A stretch of DNA of 64,000 nucleotides from Eledone cirrhosa (Eukaryota): assembly GCA_964016885.1 (NCBI GenBank), contig OZ024743.1:342860001-342924000 (forward strand). The letters run 5' to 3'. Under the pieces are notes generated by a model. The model was not told the DNA's origin, did no database searches, and saw only the letters and a list, made by a program, of their open reading frames with translations. Position numbers and translations under genes: made by a program. Numbering within the stretch: position 1 is the stretch's first letter; each line of letters begins with the position of its first letter. Below are positions 60,801 to 64,000 of this stretch, piece by piece.

Positions 60801-61107
60801 TGTTGTTAATCTATTGGGGTTGTGAGTCACAAGGGAGGCAACTGATACAGATTAATGAAAAAAAAATCTTTAAATATACTTCTGTGTTTTTTCACCTTTA
60901 TGTTTTAATTATAACCTTTGTTTTGTATGGAACTTTACCCCCTTTTTCAACTATATATATATATTGTTATACTTGGGGAGGGTCCTATTGTTATAATATT
61001 GCCAGAAATAATAACAGAACACACTCACTGTTTGGTTGGGGTTGGTTTTCGCTTCTGTATCTTTTATATCTCCATAGTTAATTTATTTAGCAATCTATGT
61101 TTATCAT

Positions 61108-61145
<38 letters not shown>

Positions 61146-61147
<2 letters not shown>

Positions 61148-61261
61148 TGAAATAAAATGAAAACGAAATTTCATTTCTCACTCTTAGTATGGCACTTACT
61201 TAAATGTAAGTATGCATGTATACGTACATACACATATGTATACAGACGTACAGTAGCATGC

Positions 61262-61298
<37 letters not shown>

Positions 61299-61736
61299 TA
61301 TATGCATACAGGTACACATACATATATGCACGTATCAGTTTAGCGGACGCTTATTATAACGCCGCTTTGTTCGTTTGTAAACAAACTGAACAGCCTGAAT
61401 TTATGCCATACGGTGTTAAGGCAACCACTTCACCTTTTTGTTCAACACTGACACAGGAACGATGTACTAGTTTCAAGCTTGTTAGCTATCATCAGCACCG
61501 TTTACCCATCTGCCAGATAGTTGAACGTTCGAAAGTATATACTTTCCTTATGAAAATTAACGGCTGAGCAGCCTAATTTGCATATTGAGTGAGTTAAATC
61601 GGTCAGGCATACCGAAAACGATAAATTGAAATAAAATGAAAACGAAATTTCATTTCTCACTCTTAGTATGGCACTTACTTAAATGTAAGTATGCATGTAT
61701 ACGTAAATACACATATGTATACAGACGTACAGTAGC

Positions 61737-61812
<76 letters not shown>

Positions 61813-61900
61813 GTGTATGTACGTATACATGCATACTTACATTTAAGTAAGTGCCATACTAAGAGTGAGAAATGAAATTTCGTTTTCATTTTATTTCAAT
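61146..61900 (-). mobile_element. Non-coding hammerhead element: 479-bp unit, partial tandem copy and inverted terminal copy, in (TA)n
   Basis: attgaaataaaatgaaaacg... at 61146 and 61625; reverse complement at 61804-61900. Confidence 0.85.
61458..61502 (-). ncRNA. Minimal type I hammerhead ribozyme
   Basis: Minus: aacggtg CTGATGA t agct-aaca-agct t GAAA ctag TA catcgtt; 7-bp stem I with one GU, palindromic actagt stem III, GUA triplet. Confidence 0.88.
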
Positions 61901-64000
61901 TATGATATTTATATAGTTAATTAAACTTAAGTACTTCCACTGTTAAATGGCCATGGCCTAGTGGTTAAGGTGTTGGTCTTACTATCATAATGTCATGGGG
62001 TCAATTTTGGGGCTGGAGGCGTGTTGTGTCTGCAAAACGCTTCATTTTACATTGCTCCTGTATACTCAGCTGAAGGTGAGTAGCAGCAGTATCTGAGAGT
62101 TAAACTAGCAATGGACTGGTGTCATGTCCAGAGGGTAGGGAGGCTTATACTTTCAGTCACTTAACGACGATGAAAATTGAAACCAAGGATAAGCACCGGC
62201 TTGGTGGCTTAGGATTTTAACTTTTACATTATATACTTAAATATCATAGTTAAACCTTTCAATTAAAAAATCTAAATGAATCCGAACGCGGTATTCTAGA
62301 ATTATCTTTATTACCAAATAATAAAAAATTGAACCTGAGAATTCTATAGTAAAATTAGATTGTGATGTTTATATAGGAATATTTAAACCGCAAAGTGTAA
62401 TTTATAAGGAACGTTGGGAAATCTAACTTCATGTAATTACTAAACCTGAGTTTCTCGCCAAAGGCTGACATTATGTTAAGTTGAAAATTTCAATTTGAAA
62501 TGTTTAAAAGGTTTGTAGAAAGTGAATGGGCTACATCGTTAACCTCTCACAAACTGCTGCTTCGTGGACTCTCTAAGTACTTGGACTTATAATAACCCTA
62601 TAGCTAGAAGGATGTGTATATGACCATGTGTGTTTAATCCGTCAAGAGCTTGGGGTCACAGGTCAAGTGCTATATACGTTTATCATAGTTGTCTCTTGAG
62701 AGGATAATGGCGAGAACTCCCAACAATAGGTGGTTTTAGAGGCGAGAACCCTCAGATTCGGTTTCGAATCTTCGCCAGGTAAAACATAGGAGTATTCTGT
62801 TACACATATACACATACATTGATCTGTGTGTATAGAAGAAGAAGAAGAAGAAGAAGAATCAACTGGTACTTTATCGATCATAATCCTTTATCAATCATAC
62901 TATACAAGTGGGCAGTGGAAACATTTTCCACGTGAAAGTGGGCGATAACGCAAAAAAGGTTGGGAACCCCTGATTTACCTGGCCACTCGACCTGCTAGAA
63001 AAAAATAACTCAAATGTCTCAGAATTCTCATCGCGCTGTTTCAATAATAAAAGGAAAAAATCATATTAGATAAATGTAATCCTTGGTACAAAATATGGGA
63101 TGATGACGACTGAAACACTTTTGAGCATAGGGCTGACCTGGGGTTAAACAACAACAGCAACCAATAGAAATCTTCCATCGTATTTGCGTGTTTCATGTGA
63201 AATCCGCTTTGTGTATTATTGTATATTTGTAATAACTCTTATGATGTGATGTGCGGCCGATTGTCGCACTTGGTGGTGAATTTCCCCCTCCCGATTTTTT
63301 CTTCCTTTTATGTTTTTTTCATCTCTTTTTTATGCGTGTATATTTGTATATACTATATGTTTGTGTTTTCGTTCTGTAAGCGTTATATTATTATATTTTT
63401 ATACAACTCTAAATAAAAGACTGTTATGGCTATTGAAATGATTGGCACTTCCCTTTATCGAGTTTGAACCCAAATCATAAGCCGAACGAAATAAACTTTG
63501 ATAATACCATGTAGTATTTGAATAAGATTTTGTTCACAAATAAATCTATAGTTTTAACCTTTCTACAATCTTTATAAATTGCATGAGAACACATTGATAA
63601 TATCTCCAATATATCCTTAAAAAGTTCATTGGTGCTATAAACAGATAATGGAAATATTCTTTACAAAACTGTAAGATGCTTGACCTGAGTATATTCGAAC
63701 AACATATACATAGGCTCAATTGTCAAGTAAGAAAACATACATACGCACACACACAAACGTACATGGACACACATGCAAACAGATAGGCACATACTAACAT
63801 GCATAAATCAGGACTTATACTTGCATGCATGTAGATATATTCACGCACGTATAATATTTATATATGCGTGTCTATGTGTATAAGTATGGTGTTGTATATA
63901 AACGCATACCCGTAATGATGCATAAACGCATATATATATATGCAAATAGAAAAAAATACAAAAGCAGGAATCTGAATACCAACAGCCAATTCAAAAAATA

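Overview
AT-rich eukaryotic (metazoan) genomic DNA packed with (TA)n/(CA)n microsatellites. The SINE and microsatellite landscape resembles an octopus/coleoid genome (inference). One complete protein-coding gene can be assembled by hand: PGGT1B (geranylgeranyltransferase type I beta subunit), + strand, 9 coding exons, 29580-50519, 369 aa. The rest is mostly mobile DNA: four Penelope-like (GIY-YIG) retroelement remnants, one with ~545 bp inverted pseudo-LTRs; two deleted mariner copies with ~103 bp TIRs; hAT, pogo and unclassified MITEs; several tRNA-derived SINE families; RTE-type LINE fragments; and minisatellites. The most striking signal is a dense set of sequence-unrelated type I hammerhead ribozyme motifs: 8 with intact cores and about 4 degenerate. 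Most lie in short non-coding elements embedded in (TA)n tracts that show partial tandem duplication or fold-back inversion, consistent with several families of Penelope-dependent, retrozyme-like elements. One motif is in sense orientation in PGGT1B intron 8. Nearly all other ORFs in the supplied track are microsatellite or repeat artefacts. All folds and alignments were done by eye.
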